Shown: one piece after another, positions 10,818-21,855 of the stretch | Position numbering within the stretch: position 1 is the stretch's first letter | Layout: each line of letters starts with the position of its first letter | DNA from: Candidatus Dormiibacterota bacterium | Lineage (GTDB): Bacteria > Chloroflexota > Dormibacteria > Aeolococcales > Aeolococcaceae | Assembly: GCA_963709585.1 (NCBI GenBank) | Contig: CAVPXI010000014.1 | Location: 224,001-288,000 of the forward strand | Length of the DNA: 64,000 nt | Reading direction: 5' to 3' | The notes under the pieces: generated by a model | Seen by the model: the letters and a program-made list of their open reading frames with translations, nothing else | Told to the model about the DNA's origin: nothing | Database searches by the model: none | Translations under genes and position numbers: made by a program

Positions 10818-10973
10818 ATGTGCGTCCTGATCGCCTTCCTTCTCTTCACCGCCCTGCTCTTCGGGTTCGGCTTCGCGCTCCACGTCCTCTGGTGGATCGC
10901 CTTCATCTTCTTGATCTTCTGGCTCATTGGCTTGGCAGTCCGCCCGCGCGGAGGTCGCTGGTACTACTGGTAA
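10818..10973 (+). CDS. 51-aa hydrophobic membrane peptide (MCVLIAFLLF...RPRGGRWYYW)
   Basis: AGGGAG RBS, two hydrophobic segments, basic/aromatic tail; absent from the ORF track. Confidence 0.75.
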   Translation: MCVLIAFLLFTALLFGFGFALHVLWWIAFIFLIFWLIGLAVRPRGGRWYYW

Positions 10974-11040
10974 CGACGGCGCCTCAACCCATTGCCCCCA
11001 ATCGAGGCAGCCGACGATCGCCCCTATACTCGACGCTCCC

Positions 11041-11131
<91 letters not shown>

Positions 11132-11229
11132 AACCTCGTACGCAGCAACGGCTTCGCCAGATCGTGGCAGAAGGCCTGAGTCCCAGCCCGAGCCGCCAAC
11201 CAACGGATTGCCAACGCCCTCGGGAAGCG

Positions 11230-11600
11230 CAACTGCTCGAAAAAGCCGCGGTGACATCCTCGAACTCGATCGATGCGAGCGCGAGATCAGGCACACCTGG
11301 CGAAGCTGGTCGAGCGCACCGGATCCACCCTCGGGATGCTCGTTGGGCTCGACACGCGCAGCGTTGCCGAGCTGCTCATCGAGATCGGCGACCCCCGCCG
11401 ATTCACCGAGGGCGGTTTTGGGCGATTCGGTGGGACCGCGCCGATCCCGGCTTCGTCTGGTGAGGGGCAGGCGAGCCGGTGCGGCACCGGCTCAATCGCG
11501 GTGGCAACCGCCGCCTCAAGGCCGTGCCGCACCGCATGGCGGTGTCGCAGCTGCGCTGCGACCCGAGAGCGCAGCACCTCTGAGACGACGCGCGAGCCGT
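11230..11600 (+). mobile_element. IS110-family transposase remnant (C-terminal domain, degraded)
   Basis: ELLIEIGDPRRF...GTAPIPASSG, then in a shifted frame RHRLNRGGNRRL...AVSQLRCDP followed by a stop. Confidence 0.8.
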
Positions 11601-11631
11601 GGCGCGCTCTGGACTCTTTCTCCGTGAATCA

Positions 11632-13764
11632 TTAGGTCACGGTCACAGTGACGGCAGTCGAGGTCGTCGAATTACCGGCGTTGTCCGTGGCCACGGCCGT
11701 CAGCCGGTATGTCCCACGCTTGACCTTGGAGGTGTTCCAGATGAACGTGTACGGGCTCGTCTTTATGGTGTCCAGCTTGGTGGTCCCGAGGTAGAAGATC
11801 ACGTTAGCGATACCAGAGGGCGCGCCCGAGCCGGTGCCCACATCGGACGCGCTGGCCGTGACCCTCACCCTCGTGCCCACGGCAAAGCTCGATCCCGATA
11901 TTGGCGATGTGATGAAGACCACCGGCGGTGCGGCGTCGATCTTGATCGTCTGGGACTTGACGGCCCCCGTGTTCCCCGCGGCGTCCACCGAGCAGTACTG
12001 CACGATCGTTGTCTGCGACACTGCGAACGAGCCGGTGTACAGGATCGCGGTCGTGCTGGTCTGCGGGTTGGTGCCGTCAGTGGTGTAGTAGGTGGCGGCA
12101 ACACCCGAGCCACCGGTGTTGTCCGTGGCCGTCAGGGCAACCGTCACCGGAGATGTCTTGTACCAGCCCGTGGAGCACGTGGTGTTGTTGCAGGTGATGG
12201 CCGTCGTCGGTGCAATGGTGTCGATCTGGATGGCCTGGGACTTGACGGCCTCAGCATTGCCGGCGTTGTCCACCGAGAAAAACTTGACGGTGGTCGTTGT
12301 CGACGCCGTGAAGGGCGCGGTGTAGACCGTGCTCGAGGTGGTCGGCGTCGAGCCGTTGGTGGTGTAGTAGGTGGCCTTGACACCGGAGCCGCCAGTGTCG
12401 TCCGTGGCCGCCAGGGCGACGGTCACCGGCGTGGTGTTGTACCAGGCCGTGCACGTGGCGCTGTTGCAGGTGATCGTGGTCGTTGGCGGGGTGGTGTCGA
12501 CCTGGATCTGCATCGCTTGGGTGCTGCTGGTAGTGCCACCGGGGGTGGTCACGCTGATAGGCCCGGTGGTGGCCCCTGCCGGGACGGTGGCGGTGAGCTG
12601 GCTGCCGGAGGTCACGGTGAAGGCGGCGGCGGTGCCGTTGAAGGACACCGCGCTGGTTCCTGTGAAGCCGCTGCCCTCGACCGTCACTGAGGTCCCGGGC
12701 CAGCCAGAGGTAGGCGTGAACGAGGCGATGGTGGGGGCGGGCGCGGGTGCCGGGCTAGGGATGGGCAGCGGGGTGGCCGTGGCGCCGTTGTTGGGGGCGG
12801 TGCCCAGACCGAAGTAGTTGTAGAGCCCGGCCTCCAGGCTGTAGTGCGTGTAGGGGGTGCCGTCCGTGGACCCCGGGGTCACCCCTGCCCCGACCGCAAG
12901 CGCCACGACATGCTCCCACGGCGTCGTGTTGATCGACCCCTCGTCCCAGGTGATCACCACGGTCACGCCGGGCTGGGCCAGCAGCGAGGGGACCACCGAG
13001 GCCAGCCAGTTGTCACCCATGCCGATCACGCTGGTGCCGCCGTTCGAGCCGAAATAGGCGGGGCAGGCCTGGCCGCTGCCAGGCAGGGTGTGCATGTCGT
13101 CGCACTGGTTGGGCACCACGTAGCTGAACGCAGGCAGGCTGGCCGGGTTGAAGCTGGTGGTGGTCATCGGCACGTCGTTGGTGGAGCAGGTCGAGTTGGC
13201 TCGGTATTGGTAGTCCGGGTCATGGCTGGCGGTATAGAGCGGGACCGTGGTTCCGGGAATGTTGGCGTAGTTTCCGTTTGCGCAATTTCCAGGCATCAAC
13301 TCCATGAACTCCTTCCACGTCAGCACGCCGCCGGTGCCGTCGATGGCCTGGAAGATGTTGGGCGATGGAGGGGACGGCGAAGAGGTCAGACCGCTGGTCA
13401 TGGCCGTGTAGTCCGGCGTGCTGCTCGGGGCTACCGCCGTGTAGTTGGTGAACAGCTCCCAGTTGGCAATCAACTGGTTCAGGTACGGGGCCTGCGTATT
13501 GCCGACGATGCTCCCGTACGGTTCGTTCTCCTCAACGATCACCACGACCTTGCCGCTTTGGGCGGTAGTTGTCGCGGTATTGCCGTTGGAAGTCGAGCCC
13601 GAGACGTTCCCTGGCACCGCCGTCGCCGCTCCCGCGTGGACCGAGGTCAGTCCCTCACCACTCGGCGGCCCAGCAGCCTGTACGTTCAGGGCGCCGGCTC
13701 CTCCCGCGAACGCAGCCAACACGAGCAGCGCGCTCACTCTCCGGACCCGCCTGCCCATCATCAT
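11632..13764 (-). CDS. Secreted phosphoesterase (acid phosphatase-like) with IPT/TIG and Ig-like repeat domains
   Basis: Signal peptide; KVVVIVEEN, VVPNQCDDMH, ITWDEG, YTHYSL; PT/PA linker; IPT domain; two beta-sandwich repeats; C-terminal AVATDNAGN. Confidence 0.85.
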   Translation of the reverse strand: MMMGRRVRRVSALLVLAAFAGGAGALNVQAAGPPSGEGLTSVHAGAATAVPGNVSGSTSNGNTATTTAQSGKVVVIVEENEPYGSIVGNTQAPYLNQLIANWELFTNYTAVAPSSTPDYTAMTSGLTSSPSPPSPNIFQAIDGTGGVLTWKEFMELMPGNCANGNYANIPGTTVPLYTASHDPDYQYRANSTCSTNDVPMTTTSFNPASLPAFSYVVPNQCDDMHTLPGSGQACPAYFGSNGGTSVIGMGDNWLASVVPSLLAQPGVTVVITWDEGSINTTPWEHVVALAVGAGVTPGSTDGTPYTHYSLEAGLYNYFGLGTAPNNGATATPLPIPSPAPAPAPTIASFTPTSGWPGTSVTVEGSGFTGTSAVSFNGTAAAFTVTSGSQLTATVPAGATTGPISVTTPGGTTSSTQAMQIQVDTTPPTTTITCNSATCTAWYNTTPVTVALAATDDTGGSGVKATYYTTNGSTPTTSSTVYTAPFTASTTTTVKFFSVDNAGNAEAVKSQAIQIDTIAPTTAITCNNTTCSTGWYKTSPVTVALTATDNTGGSGVAATYYTTDGTNPQTSTTAILYTGSFAVSQTTIVQYCSVDAAGNTGAVKSQTIKIDAAPPVVFITSPISGSSFAVGTRVRVTASASDVGTGSGAPSGIANVIFYLGTTKLDTIKTSPYTFIWNTSKVKRGTYRLTAVATDNAGNSTTSTAVTVTVT
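11938..12498 (-). repeat. Two ~92-95 aa tandem domain repeats within the phosphoesterase
   Basis: DT..PTT.ITCN..TC...WY...PVTVAL.ATD.TGGSGV.ATYYTT.G...SVD.AGN..AVKSQ.I at 12223-12498 and 11938-12222. Confidence 0.85.
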
Positions 13765-14101
13765 GCCGTTACGTACCAGGCCGACTCATGCAAGCTGCGC
13801 CACGCAGCGGCGTGGAGTGACGGTCGGGCCAGGAAAGACGGAGGTTGGGGTGCTTCGAAAGTGGCGTGCCCACCAAAAACCGCGCTGAGAGATGCTGGAT
13901 CTGCCTGGACCGCGATCCCGACAGGCCTCGGAGTCATTGGCAGCGATCCTGCAGCTGACCTCGGATTGCGCTGCCATGCCCCACCCTCGCAGGCTGGCTG
14001 TCAACGCGACCGCCTGGTTGCCCGCGTGTCCGGCAATCTAGCACACGGCGAAATCTAACTTGGGCGCGTTTGGCTCGCTTGGACCCCTTCTCGACGTGAA
14101 C

Positions 14102-14704
14102 CTATACCCGCCCCGCGATCGTCTGAGCCGCAGCTCCGACCTGTGAATCCATGGCAGCACCGGACTTCGATCCCGAGGTGACGTTGATCACCACAAGAAA
14201 GTTGTCCTTGACGAACGCGTACGTGGCCGAGTTCGCGTCGATCTCCTTGATCGCACCGCTCCCCAGCCCGGACACGGAGGTCGCGGTGCCGCCGTTGGCC
14301 GTGGTCTGGCCGCTCAGCGCCGCCGAGATCGCCGCCTGCAACGCTGCCTGGGCGAAGGCTCCGGGGAAGGGCTGGACGAAGACGACCCCGCCACCACCGC
14401 CCATTCCGCTTGTGTCCGAATACACGCAGGTGGTCGCCGCGCAGGCGCCGGCGAGCGCCGTGACGTTCGGGTCGCCGCTGATGCTCTGCGCGTTCGCCAC
14501 TGTCAACAGCGTGTTCGCGGCCGGAGCCGACCCGCTGGAGCCCAGCCCCGGAATTCCAGGGATAGTCAAACCACCGCCCGTCGGCGTTGGCGTTGGTGTC
14601 GAGGTGCCGGCTGATCCGCCGCAGCCCGCGATGCCGAGGACCGCGCCAACCGACGCGGCTGCGATACGGAGCGAATTGATGGTCATGGGCTTCCCAGTCG
14701 TCAT
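14102..14704 (-). CDS. Putative lipoprotein
   Basis: GGAGGGAG RBS; lipobox IAGC followed by a TP linker. Confidence 0.75.
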   Translation of the reverse strand: MTTGKPMTINSLRIAAASVGAVLGIAGCGGSAGTSTPTPTPTGGGLTIPGIPGLGSSGSAPAANTLLTVANAQSISGDPNVTALAGACAATTCVYSDTSGMGGGGGVVFVQPFPGAFAQAALQAAISAALSGQTTANGGTATSVSGLGSGAIKEIDANSATYAFVKDNFLVVINVTSGSKSGAAMDSQVGAAAQTIAGRV

Positions 14705-14858
14705 ACGCCAGCGCTCCCTCCGCGCTGAATCGCCGCCGATGATATAGCGGCCGCAATGGCAATTCGAGTGCCGTCACCAAATCGGGAAAACGCCATCAGC
14801 TTGATACAGTCGAAGCAATGACACCCGCCACCCGCTCGTACTCGGAAGGGTTGCTGCC

Positions 14859-16910
14859 GTGATGCACGGAGGCGGCTTCATGGGCGGCAAACGCGAGAAA
14901 CCCTCGGGGCGCGTCCCGAATCGGCAGCTCCTCCGCCAGACGGCAAGCCTCTTCGGGGCGCATCGGGCCGGCGTGGCGGCCATTGCCGGGCTGGTGGTGA
15001 TCACCGCCGGCGCCGGGGTCATCAACCCGGTCCTCATCAAGGTCGTCTTCGACACGGCCCTCTTTCCGACGCGAACGGTAGCTGCGACGCCATCGGTCGC
15101 TGCTCACCTGGTCTATCTGCCCGTCAACCTCCCCCGGATCGAGATCCTCGTCGGAATCATGATCGGGATCACGATTGTGACGGGCGCGATCGGCGTGCTC
15201 CAGACGTACATCACCAACCGCGTGGGCCAGCGCGTGATGGAAGAGCTGCGCAACCGCCTCTACGAGCACCTGCAGGGAATGTCGCTCCGTTTCTTCACCG
15301 GCACGCGAACCGGTGAGATCCAGTCCCGGCTCACCAATGACGTCGGCGGCATCCAGTCCGTCGTCACCGATACGGCCACGTCGCTCCTGTCCAACATCGT
15401 GACCCTGCTGAGCACCCTGGTCGCCATGCTGATCCTCTCCTGGCAGCTGACGGTGCTGTCCCTGGCGATCACCCCCCTCTTCGTCTTCTACACATATCGC
15501 GCGGGCAAGGTGCGCCGCCAGATCACGATGCAGGCGCAGGAATCGAAGGCCGAGATCAGCGCCATCACCGAGGAGACACTCTCGGTGTCGGGCATGCTCC
15601 TCGCGAAAGTCTTCGGCCGTGGCCCGGAGGAGGTGACGCGATTCCGGAAGGAGAACCACCGGCTCGCCAACCTCGCCATCCGTCAGGAGATGATCGGTCG
15701 AGCTCTCTTCGCCGTCATCGGCGCGTTCTTCAGCAGCGCTCCGGCGCTCGTGTATCTCATCGCCGGTTTCGTGCTCGCGGGGCGCAGTGCGACGACCGTG
15801 CCGTCGATCACCCCAGGCACCATCGTCGCCTTCACCACCCTGCAGAGCCGGCTCTTCTTCCCGATCGGCAGCATGCTCTCGGTGTCGATCGAGATCCAGG
15901 CGAGCCTGGCGCTCTTCGAGCGGATCTTCGACTACCTCAAGATGCCCCACGACATCGTCGACCGGCCGGACGCACGCGCGGTCGCGGCCAACGACATCAA
16001 GGGGGACGTTCAGCTCAAGAGCGTGTACTTCCGCTACGACCGGGGCAGTTTCGGACCCATGACCGAGCCGGTCCAGCGACCAACGGCGACCGTCGTGATC
16101 CCGAACGGACAATCCCCCGACGAGAACGATCCGGTGCCCAACGAGATCCGCCGCGACTGGGCGATCGAGGACGTGAGCTTCGGGGTCAAGTCCGGCCAGC
16201 TCGCCGCGATCGTCGGGCCGAGCGGCGCGGGCAAGACGACGATCTCCTACCTGATTCCCCGCCTCTACGACGTCACCAAGGGCGCGGTGCTGCTCGACGG
16301 CATGGACGTCCGCGACTACACGATCGCGTCGCTTGCCAACGCGATCAGCATGGTCACCCAGGAGACCTACCTATTCCACGCCTCGGTGCGCCGCAACCTC
16401 ATGTACGCCAAGCCGGACGCGACCCAGGAGGAGCTCGAGGCCGCCGCGCGGGCGGCGTTCATCCACGATCGCATCGTCGCGCTCGACGAGGGCTACGACA
16501 CGCTCGTCGGCGAGCGCGGCTACCGCATGTCCGGCGGCGAGAAGCAACGCCTGGCCATCGCCCGGGTCGTCCTCAAGGCACCCCGGGTGCTGATCCTCGA
16601 CGAGGCGACCTCCGCCCTCGACACCACCAGCGAGCGCCTGGTCCAGGCCGCGCTCGAGCCGCTGCTCACCGGCCGCACGACCATCGCCATCGCGCACCGG
16701 CTCTCCACCATCCTCGCCGCCGACGTGATCTTCGTGATCGACCGTGGGCAACTCCTCGAGCAGGGCACCCACGCGGAGCTCCTCCGCCGGGGCGGCGCGT
16801 ACGCCAAGGTCTACGAGCAGCAGTTCCAGGGAGGCCGCGTCGAGGCGGTCTGCGAGGACGGGATGGTGCTGGCGAGCGGGGAAGTCGTCGCCGCCACCCC
16901 GGCGGCGTAG
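14859..16910 (+). CDS. ABC transporter fused permease/ATPase (MsbA-like exporter)
   Basis: TM domain, GPSGAGKT, MSGGEKQR, ILDEATSALD, IAHRLST. Confidence 0.95.
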   Translation: MMHGGGFMGGKREKPSGRVPNRQLLRQTASLFGAHRAGVAAIAGLVVITAGAGVINPVLIKVVFDTALFPTRTVAATPSVAAHLVYLPVNLPRIEILVGIMIGITIVTGAIGVLQTYITNRVGQRVMEELRNRLYEHLQGMSLRFFTGTRTGEIQSRLTNDVGGIQSVVTDTATSLLSNIVTLLSTLVAMLILSWQLTVLSLAITPLFVFYTYRAGKVRRQITMQAQESKAEISAITEETLSVSGMLLAKVFGRGPEEVTRFRKENHRLANLAIRQEMIGRALFAVIGAFFSSAPALVYLIAGFVLAGRSATTVPSITPGTIVAFTTLQSRLFFPIGSMLSVSIEIQASLALFERIFDYLKMPHDIVDRPDARAVAANDIKGDVQLKSVYFRYDRGSFGPMTEPVQRPTATVVIPNGQSPDENDPVPNEIRRDWAIEDVSFGVKSGQLAAIVGPSGAGKTTISYLIPRLYDVTKGAVLLDGMDVRDYTIASLANAISMVTQETYLFHASVRRNLMYAKPDATQEELEAAARAAFIHDRIVALDEGYDTLVGERGYRMSGGEKQRLAIARVVLKAPRVLILDEATSALDTTSERLVQAALEPLLTGRTTIAIAHRLSTILAADVIFVIDRGQLLEQGTHAELLRRGGAYAKVYEQQFQGGRVEAVCEDGMVLASGEVVAATPAA

Positions 16911-16918
16911 CAACCGCA

Positions 16919-18351
16919 TTGCCGGAGCGCCTGGACGCTGTCGTCATCGGCAGCGGTCCCAACGGCCTGGCTGCCGCGGTCGAGCTGGCGCGCAATGGGG
17001 CTTCCGTCCTCGTCCTCGAAGCAGCGGACACGATCGGCGGCGGAACCCGCACCGCCGAGCTCACTCTCCCCGGCTATCACCACGACGTCTGCTCCGCGGC
17101 GCACCCGCTCGGGATCCTCTCGCCGTACCTGTCGACGCTCCCACTCGCCCAGCACGGACTGACCTGGATCCAGCCGCCGGCGTCGGTCGCGCACCCGCTC
17201 GACGGGGAGCCGGCGGTGATCCTCCGCAAGTCCATGGACGCGACCGCCGGCTCGCTCGGAGCGGACGCGGCCGCGTACCGCCGGCTGATCGGCCCCCTCC
17301 TCCACCACCCGCATGAGTTGATCGCCGAGATCCTCGGGCCGGCGCATCTGCCCCGGCATCCGCTCCTGCTCGCGCGCTTCGGCGTCCCCGCCCTGCTCCC
17401 GGCCACAGTGCTGGGCCACCGGTGGTTTCGCGGCGAGCGCGCTCGCGCCCTGCTGGCCGGCTGCGCCGCCCACTCGGCGCTGCCCCTCACCCGGCCGGTC
17501 AGCGCCGCGGTCGGCCTTCTCTTCCTGCTCACCGGCCACGTCGAGACCTGGCCGATCGCGCAGGGCGGGTCGGCGGCGATCAGCAGCGCCCTCGGCGCGT
17601 ACCTCCTCTCCCTCGGCGGCCGGATCGAGACGGGACGGCCTGTGCGCGAACTGGCCGATCTCCCTCCGTCGCGCATCGTGCTCTTCGACACCGGCCCCGA
17701 CCAGGTTGCAAGCATCGCGTCCCGGGTGCTGCCCAGCCGGTACGTTCGCCGGCTGCGCGGTTATCGTTTCGGCCCCGGCATCTTCAAGATCGACTGGGCT
17801 CTCGACGGCCCCATCCCGTGGACCGATCCGGCCTGCCTCGACGCGGCGACGGTGCATGTGGGCGGCACCCTTGACGAGATCGCGTCGTCGGAAGCCGCCG
17901 TCTGGCGCCGCGAGCACCCCGACCGCCCCTACGCGATCGTCGTGCAGCCGAGCCTCTTCGATCCCTCGCGGCGCCGGCCGGCAAGCACACCGGCTGGGCG
18001 TACTGCCACGTTCCCGCCGGGTCGACGCTCGACCGCACCGACGTGCTCGAACGTCAGGTGGAGCGCTTCGCGCCGGGGTTCCGCGATCGCATCCTCGCCC
18101 GCAACGTGATGCGCACCGCGGATGTCGAGGAATACAACGCGAACTATGTCGGCGGCGCGATCACGGGCGGCGTGACCGATCTCGGCCAGCTCTTCACCCG
18201 GCCGGTGGCGCGCGCCAACCCGTATTCCACGCCCAACCCCGACGTCTTCATCTGCTCCGCCTCCACCCCTCCCGGCGGCGGCGTGCACGGGATGTGCGGC
18301 TATCACGCGGCGCGAAGCGCGCTGCGCCGCCTGGCGTCCGTGGCTGTGTGA
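16919..18351 (+). CDS. Phytoene dehydrogenase-like NAD(P)/FAD oxidoreductase (frameshift at ~17970)
   Basis: IGSGPNGL, HDVCSAAHP; C-terminal ORF has CSASTPPGGGVHGMCG. Confidence 0.88.
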
Positions 18352-18361
18352 AGATTGGGCC

Positions 18362-18694
18362 ATGATCCTGGTGGTGTTCCGATCGCGCAACCGGCCCGAC
18401 GGCGATGTCGAGGAGTACCAACGGCGCAGCAAGCGGATGCACGAACTGGTGCAGCAGCATCCCGGCTTCATCTCGATCGAGAGCTTTGAGACTCCCGACG
18501 GCGAGGAGGTGTCGCTCGAACTCTTCGAGAACGACGAGTCGGTGAAGGCGTGGCGCGACAATCCCGAGCATCGCGACACCCAGCGCTGGGCTCGTGAGGA
18601 GTTCTACTCCTGGTATTCGAGCCAGGTGAGCGAGGTCATCCGCGCGCACGAGGTCGATCTCACCAAGCGCGACACAGCGACCACCGCGTCCTGA
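18362..18694 (+). CDS. Antibiotic biosynthesis monooxygenase (ABM) family protein
   Basis: PGFISIE...W..NPEH...Q...R..FY motif. Confidence 0.85.
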   Translation: MILVVFRSRNRPDGDVEEYQRRSKRMHELVQQHPGFISIESFETPDGEEVSLELFENDESVKAWRDNPEHRDTQRWAREEFYSWYSSQVSEVIRAHEVDLTKRDTATTAS

Positions 18695-18696
18695 GC

Positions 18697-19125
18697 TCAG
18701 CGTCGCGCGCGGAAGAACTCCTGCAGTAACGCCGCCGATTCGGTAGCGCCGACACCGTGCACAACCGCGATCCGGTGGTTGTTGCGCGGATTGCGGAGCA
18801 CGTCGTACACGCTGCCGTCGGCGCCCTTCTTGGGATCGCGGGCGGCATAGACGCACGACAGAATGCGTGACTGGACCATCGCCCCGGCGCACATCGGACA
18901 TGGCTCCAGCGTCGCATACACCGTCACACCGTCCAGACGCCAGCCGCCCACGATCCGGGCAACCCGGCGCAGCACCAGCAATTCCGCGTGCGCGGTGGCG
19001 TCCCCGCGCCGCTCTATCGCATTGCCAGCGGCCACCAGGACGGCGCCGTCGCGCACAGCAACCGCGCCGACCGGCACCTCACCGCGCGCCCCGGCGGCGC
19101 GAGCCACCCGCAGGGCACGGCGCAT
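18697..19125 (-). CDS. tadA: tRNA adenosine(34) deaminase
   Basis: GEVPVGAV, HAE, TLEPCPMCAGA, DPKKG, FFRARR. Confidence 0.92.
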   Translation of the reverse strand: MRRALRVARAAGARGEVPVGAVAVRDGAVLVAAGNAIERRGDATAHAELLVLRRVARIVGGWRLDGVTVYATLEPCPMCAGAMVQSRILSCVYAARDPKKGADGSVYDVLRNPRNNHRIAVVHGVGATESAALLQEFFRARR

Positions 19126-19148
19126 GAAGCGCTCGTGGGGCTCGATCG

Positions 19149-21371
19149 CTACCCCACCGCGACGAGCGGCAGATCGATCCTCAAGTCCGGACGCTCCACG
19201 ACCCGCATGGTGTCATCGACGAAGCGCACCCGCTCGAACGTGATGCAGTTCACCGGACAGTGGTCCTCGCAGATCCTGCAGTTGGTGCAGCGGTCGTAGT
19301 TGATGTAGATCTCGCCTTCGTAGCCGCCGCCTCCGGGCACGCCCCCGGACGTCGCGCACACCAGCGTCTCCCCGCCAGAGGAACGCTCGCGATCCTCGCC
19401 GAACACCACCACGTCGATGGCTTTCTCGGGGCACACGTCGTCACACGCGCCACAGAGCACGCACACCGTCTGGTCGTAGTGATGCACCGAATCGCACTGG
19501 AAGCAGCGGATCGACTGGACGATCGCCGTCTGATCGCTCCAGGACTGCTCGACCTCGGCCATGTCGTAGCGTTTGGCGGCCGCGAGGATGCCGGGTTCGG
19601 TGCGCGCGAACAGCTCCGATTGACGATGGTCGTCGGTGCGTTCCACGACCGTCTGGTAGATGCGGTCGCCCGCGGCTTCCATGTCCTCGCCGAGGAACTC
19701 GCGAATCGAGCGCGCGACGCGATGTCCCCAGCCCGCAGCATCGACGATGAACGACGGACCCTGGACGCAGTCACCGCCGCAGAAGAGCTTGGGGACTCCC
19801 GTGTGGCCGCCGCGATCCGCCGACAGCAGACCACGCTGGGTCACGGGGACGAGCTCGTCGGGGCGCTCCATGATCTGACCCGAGGCGAAGATGCAGTAGT
19901 CGGCGGCGACCGTCCACTGCTCGACGTTCTCCTGCTCCTTCACCGACGAGAAGATCAACTTGCCGCTGAGTGGATCGAACTCCAGGTCCTTCAGCGGGGC
20001 GAACGACACCGCGGTGACGTTGCCCTTCTCGTCTGCACGCACCTCCTTGACGATCACCCCGTCCTTGATGCGCAGCCCGATCTCCTTGGCTTCGTGCAGC
20101 TCGTTGCCGAAAGCGGGGAGGTGGTCCTCGGGCTCGATCGCCACCATCCACACCTCGCGGGCACCGAGCTTGATCGACGTCTGGCACGCGTCGGTGGCAA
20201 CCGCACCACCGCCCACGACGACCACGGTCCCGCCGATCGGAAAGTGCTCGGGGATCCGGTCGTATGACACCGTACGCAGGAAGCTCATGGCGTCGATGAC
20301 CTGGGGCAGATCGCTCCCCGGGATCGGCAGGATCCGTCCCTTCATCATCCCGATCGAGAAGAACACCGCGTCGTACTCGTCGAGCAGGTCCTTGGTCTTG
20401 ATGTCGTCGGGATCCGGCCCGACATTGCTGTTCAGGCGCACTTCGATCCCGGTGGACATGATCATGTCCAGCTCCCACTGGAGCTGACGGTGATCAAAGC
20501 GGAACGGTGGGATCGAGGTGCTCAGCAGGCCGCCGACCTTGGCCTCGCGCTCGAAGAGCGCGACGTCGTATCCCTGCACGCGCAGGTCGAGCGCGCACGT
20601 CAGGCCGGCAGGCCCGGCGCCGACGACCGCAACGCGCTTGCCGTTCGCGGGCGCGATCTTGTAGTTGATCCAGAGCCCCTGCTGAAACGCGAAGTCGGTC
20701 GAGAACCGCTTGATGGATTTGATCGTCACCGGCTCCTCGCCGGGATCCCAGCCGCGTTTGCAATCGGTTTCGCACGGGTGATTGCAGAGCCGCCCGAGCA
20801 TGCTGGGGAACGGATTGGTCTCATGGATCACCGACCACGAGTCCACGTATCGGCCCTGGCTGACATAGTCGATGTAGGTGGCGATGTCCTGGCGGATTGG
20901 GCAGTTGCGCTGGCAGGGCGTGATCGGCACGTTGAACCCCAGGTCGAGGTGCCCGCTCATGATCTTCATCGGCGCCTTGTCGATCACATTCTTTGCAATC
21001 GCGCCGAGGACGTGGGCGGCGCTCACCATCCCGACCGGCGCGCTCTTGCGCGAGAAGATTCCACCGTCGGACGCGGTGACGATTGCCGCCTCCGCGGACG
21101 AGTGACGCATCACGTCGGCGCCGCGCTCGACGCGCTCACCGAGGTCGATCTCGGGTGCGGGACGCATCACGTCACGAACGCTGGTCTGGTCGAGCACGTC
21201 GAACCAGGAGGTGATGGTCTCGAGGCCGACGGTGCCGAGCACGCTCTCACCTCGAACCACGAGCAGCGGCACCGGGTCCTGGAGACGCAGCACCTCGAGC
21301 ACGTCGGACAGCGTGTCTTCGGGATCGCACTCCGCACCCAGTGGGGAGGCGATGCTCTCGAGCTCAGGCAT
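19149..21371 (-). CDS. CBS-domain + GltD/DsrL-like FAD/NAD oxidoreductase + C-terminal 2x[4Fe-4S] ferredoxin
   Basis: N-terminal CBS-like pair; PCQRNCP, CNHPCETDC; GAGPAG; GGGAVATD; RCFQC; CVLCGACDDVCP; CTNCRICEDHCP. Confidence 0.85.
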   Translation of the reverse strand: MPELESIASPLGAECDPEDTLSDVLEVLRLQDPVPLLVVRGESVLGTVGLETITSWFDVLDQTSVRDVMRPAPEIDLGERVERGADVMRHSSAEAAIVTASDGGIFSRKSAPVGMVSAAHVLGAIAKNVIDKAPMKIMSGHLDLGFNVPITPCQRNCPIRQDIATYIDYVSQGRYVDSWSVIHETNPFPSMLGRLCNHPCETDCKRGWDPGEEPVTIKSIKRFSTDFAFQQGLWINYKIAPANGKRVAVVGAGPAGLTCALDLRVQGYDVALFEREAKVGGLLSTSIPPFRFDHRQLQWELDMIMSTGIEVRLNSNVGPDPDDIKTKDLLDEYDAVFFSIGMMKGRILPIPGSDLPQVIDAMSFLRTVSYDRIPEHFPIGGTVVVVGGGAVATDACQTSIKLGAREVWMVAIEPEDHLPAFGNELHEAKEIGLRIKDGVIVKEVRADEKGNVTAVSFAPLKDLEFDPLSGKLIFSSVKEQENVEQWTVAADYCIFASGQIMERPDELVPVTQRGLLSADRGGHTGVPKLFCGGDCVQGPSFIVDAAGWGHRVARSIREFLGEDMEAAGDRIYQTVVERTDDHRQSELFARTEPGILAAAKRYDMAEVEQSWSDQTAIVQSIRCFQCDSVHHYDQTVCVLCGACDDVCPEKAIDVVVFGEDRERSSGGETLVCATSGGVPGGGGYEGEIYINYDRCTNCRICEDHCPVNCITFERVRFVDDTMRVVERPDLRIDLPLVAVG

Positions 21372-21855
21372 GGACGGCCCTGCGCCGCGCGAGGGCGAAA
21401 TCGGCGAGCTCGCGCGGGGTGAGCATGCCCACCACCGTCTCGTCCTCGTGGGTGACGATGGCGAGGCGGCGTTCGTGCTGGGCCATCAGCGCGACGACCT
21501 CACTCAGCCGCTGATGCTCGTCGACGAGCAGCGGTGACTGGCGCAGCATGTTGCGTGCCTGCACGCTCGTCGACGGTGGACGCATCGCGAAGTCGCTTCC
21601 GGACACAACGATGTCGCCGGCGATCAGGTGATCGATGATGTCCTCTTTGGCGACGTAGCCGACCGGACGGCGGTCGACGAGCACGACGATTTCGCTCAGG
21701 ATGTTGTCGGCGAGAAGCTTGGCGATCGCGTCGGCCGGCGTGCTCGGGAGGCAGAACACCACCTCGTTGCGCATCACCGACCCCACCTCCGGATCACCCG
21801 CCTCGAGCGCGAGGCTGTCAGGGTCGATGGAGGCCGTTAAAGGGACCGAGGTCAC
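21364..21855 (-). CDS. CBS domain protein
   Basis: VGSVM...V.C, VLVDRRPVGYV, VVGMLT; GTG at 21855 overlaps the upstream TGA. Confidence 0.8.
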   Translation of the reverse strand: MTSVPLTASIDPDSLALEAGDPEVGSVMRNEVVFCLPSTPADAIAKLLADNILSEIVVLVDRRPVGYVAKEDIIDHLIAGDIVVSGSDFAMRPPSTSVQARNMLRQSPLLVDEHQRLSEVVALMAQHERRLAIVTHEDETVVGMLTPRELADFALARRRAVHA

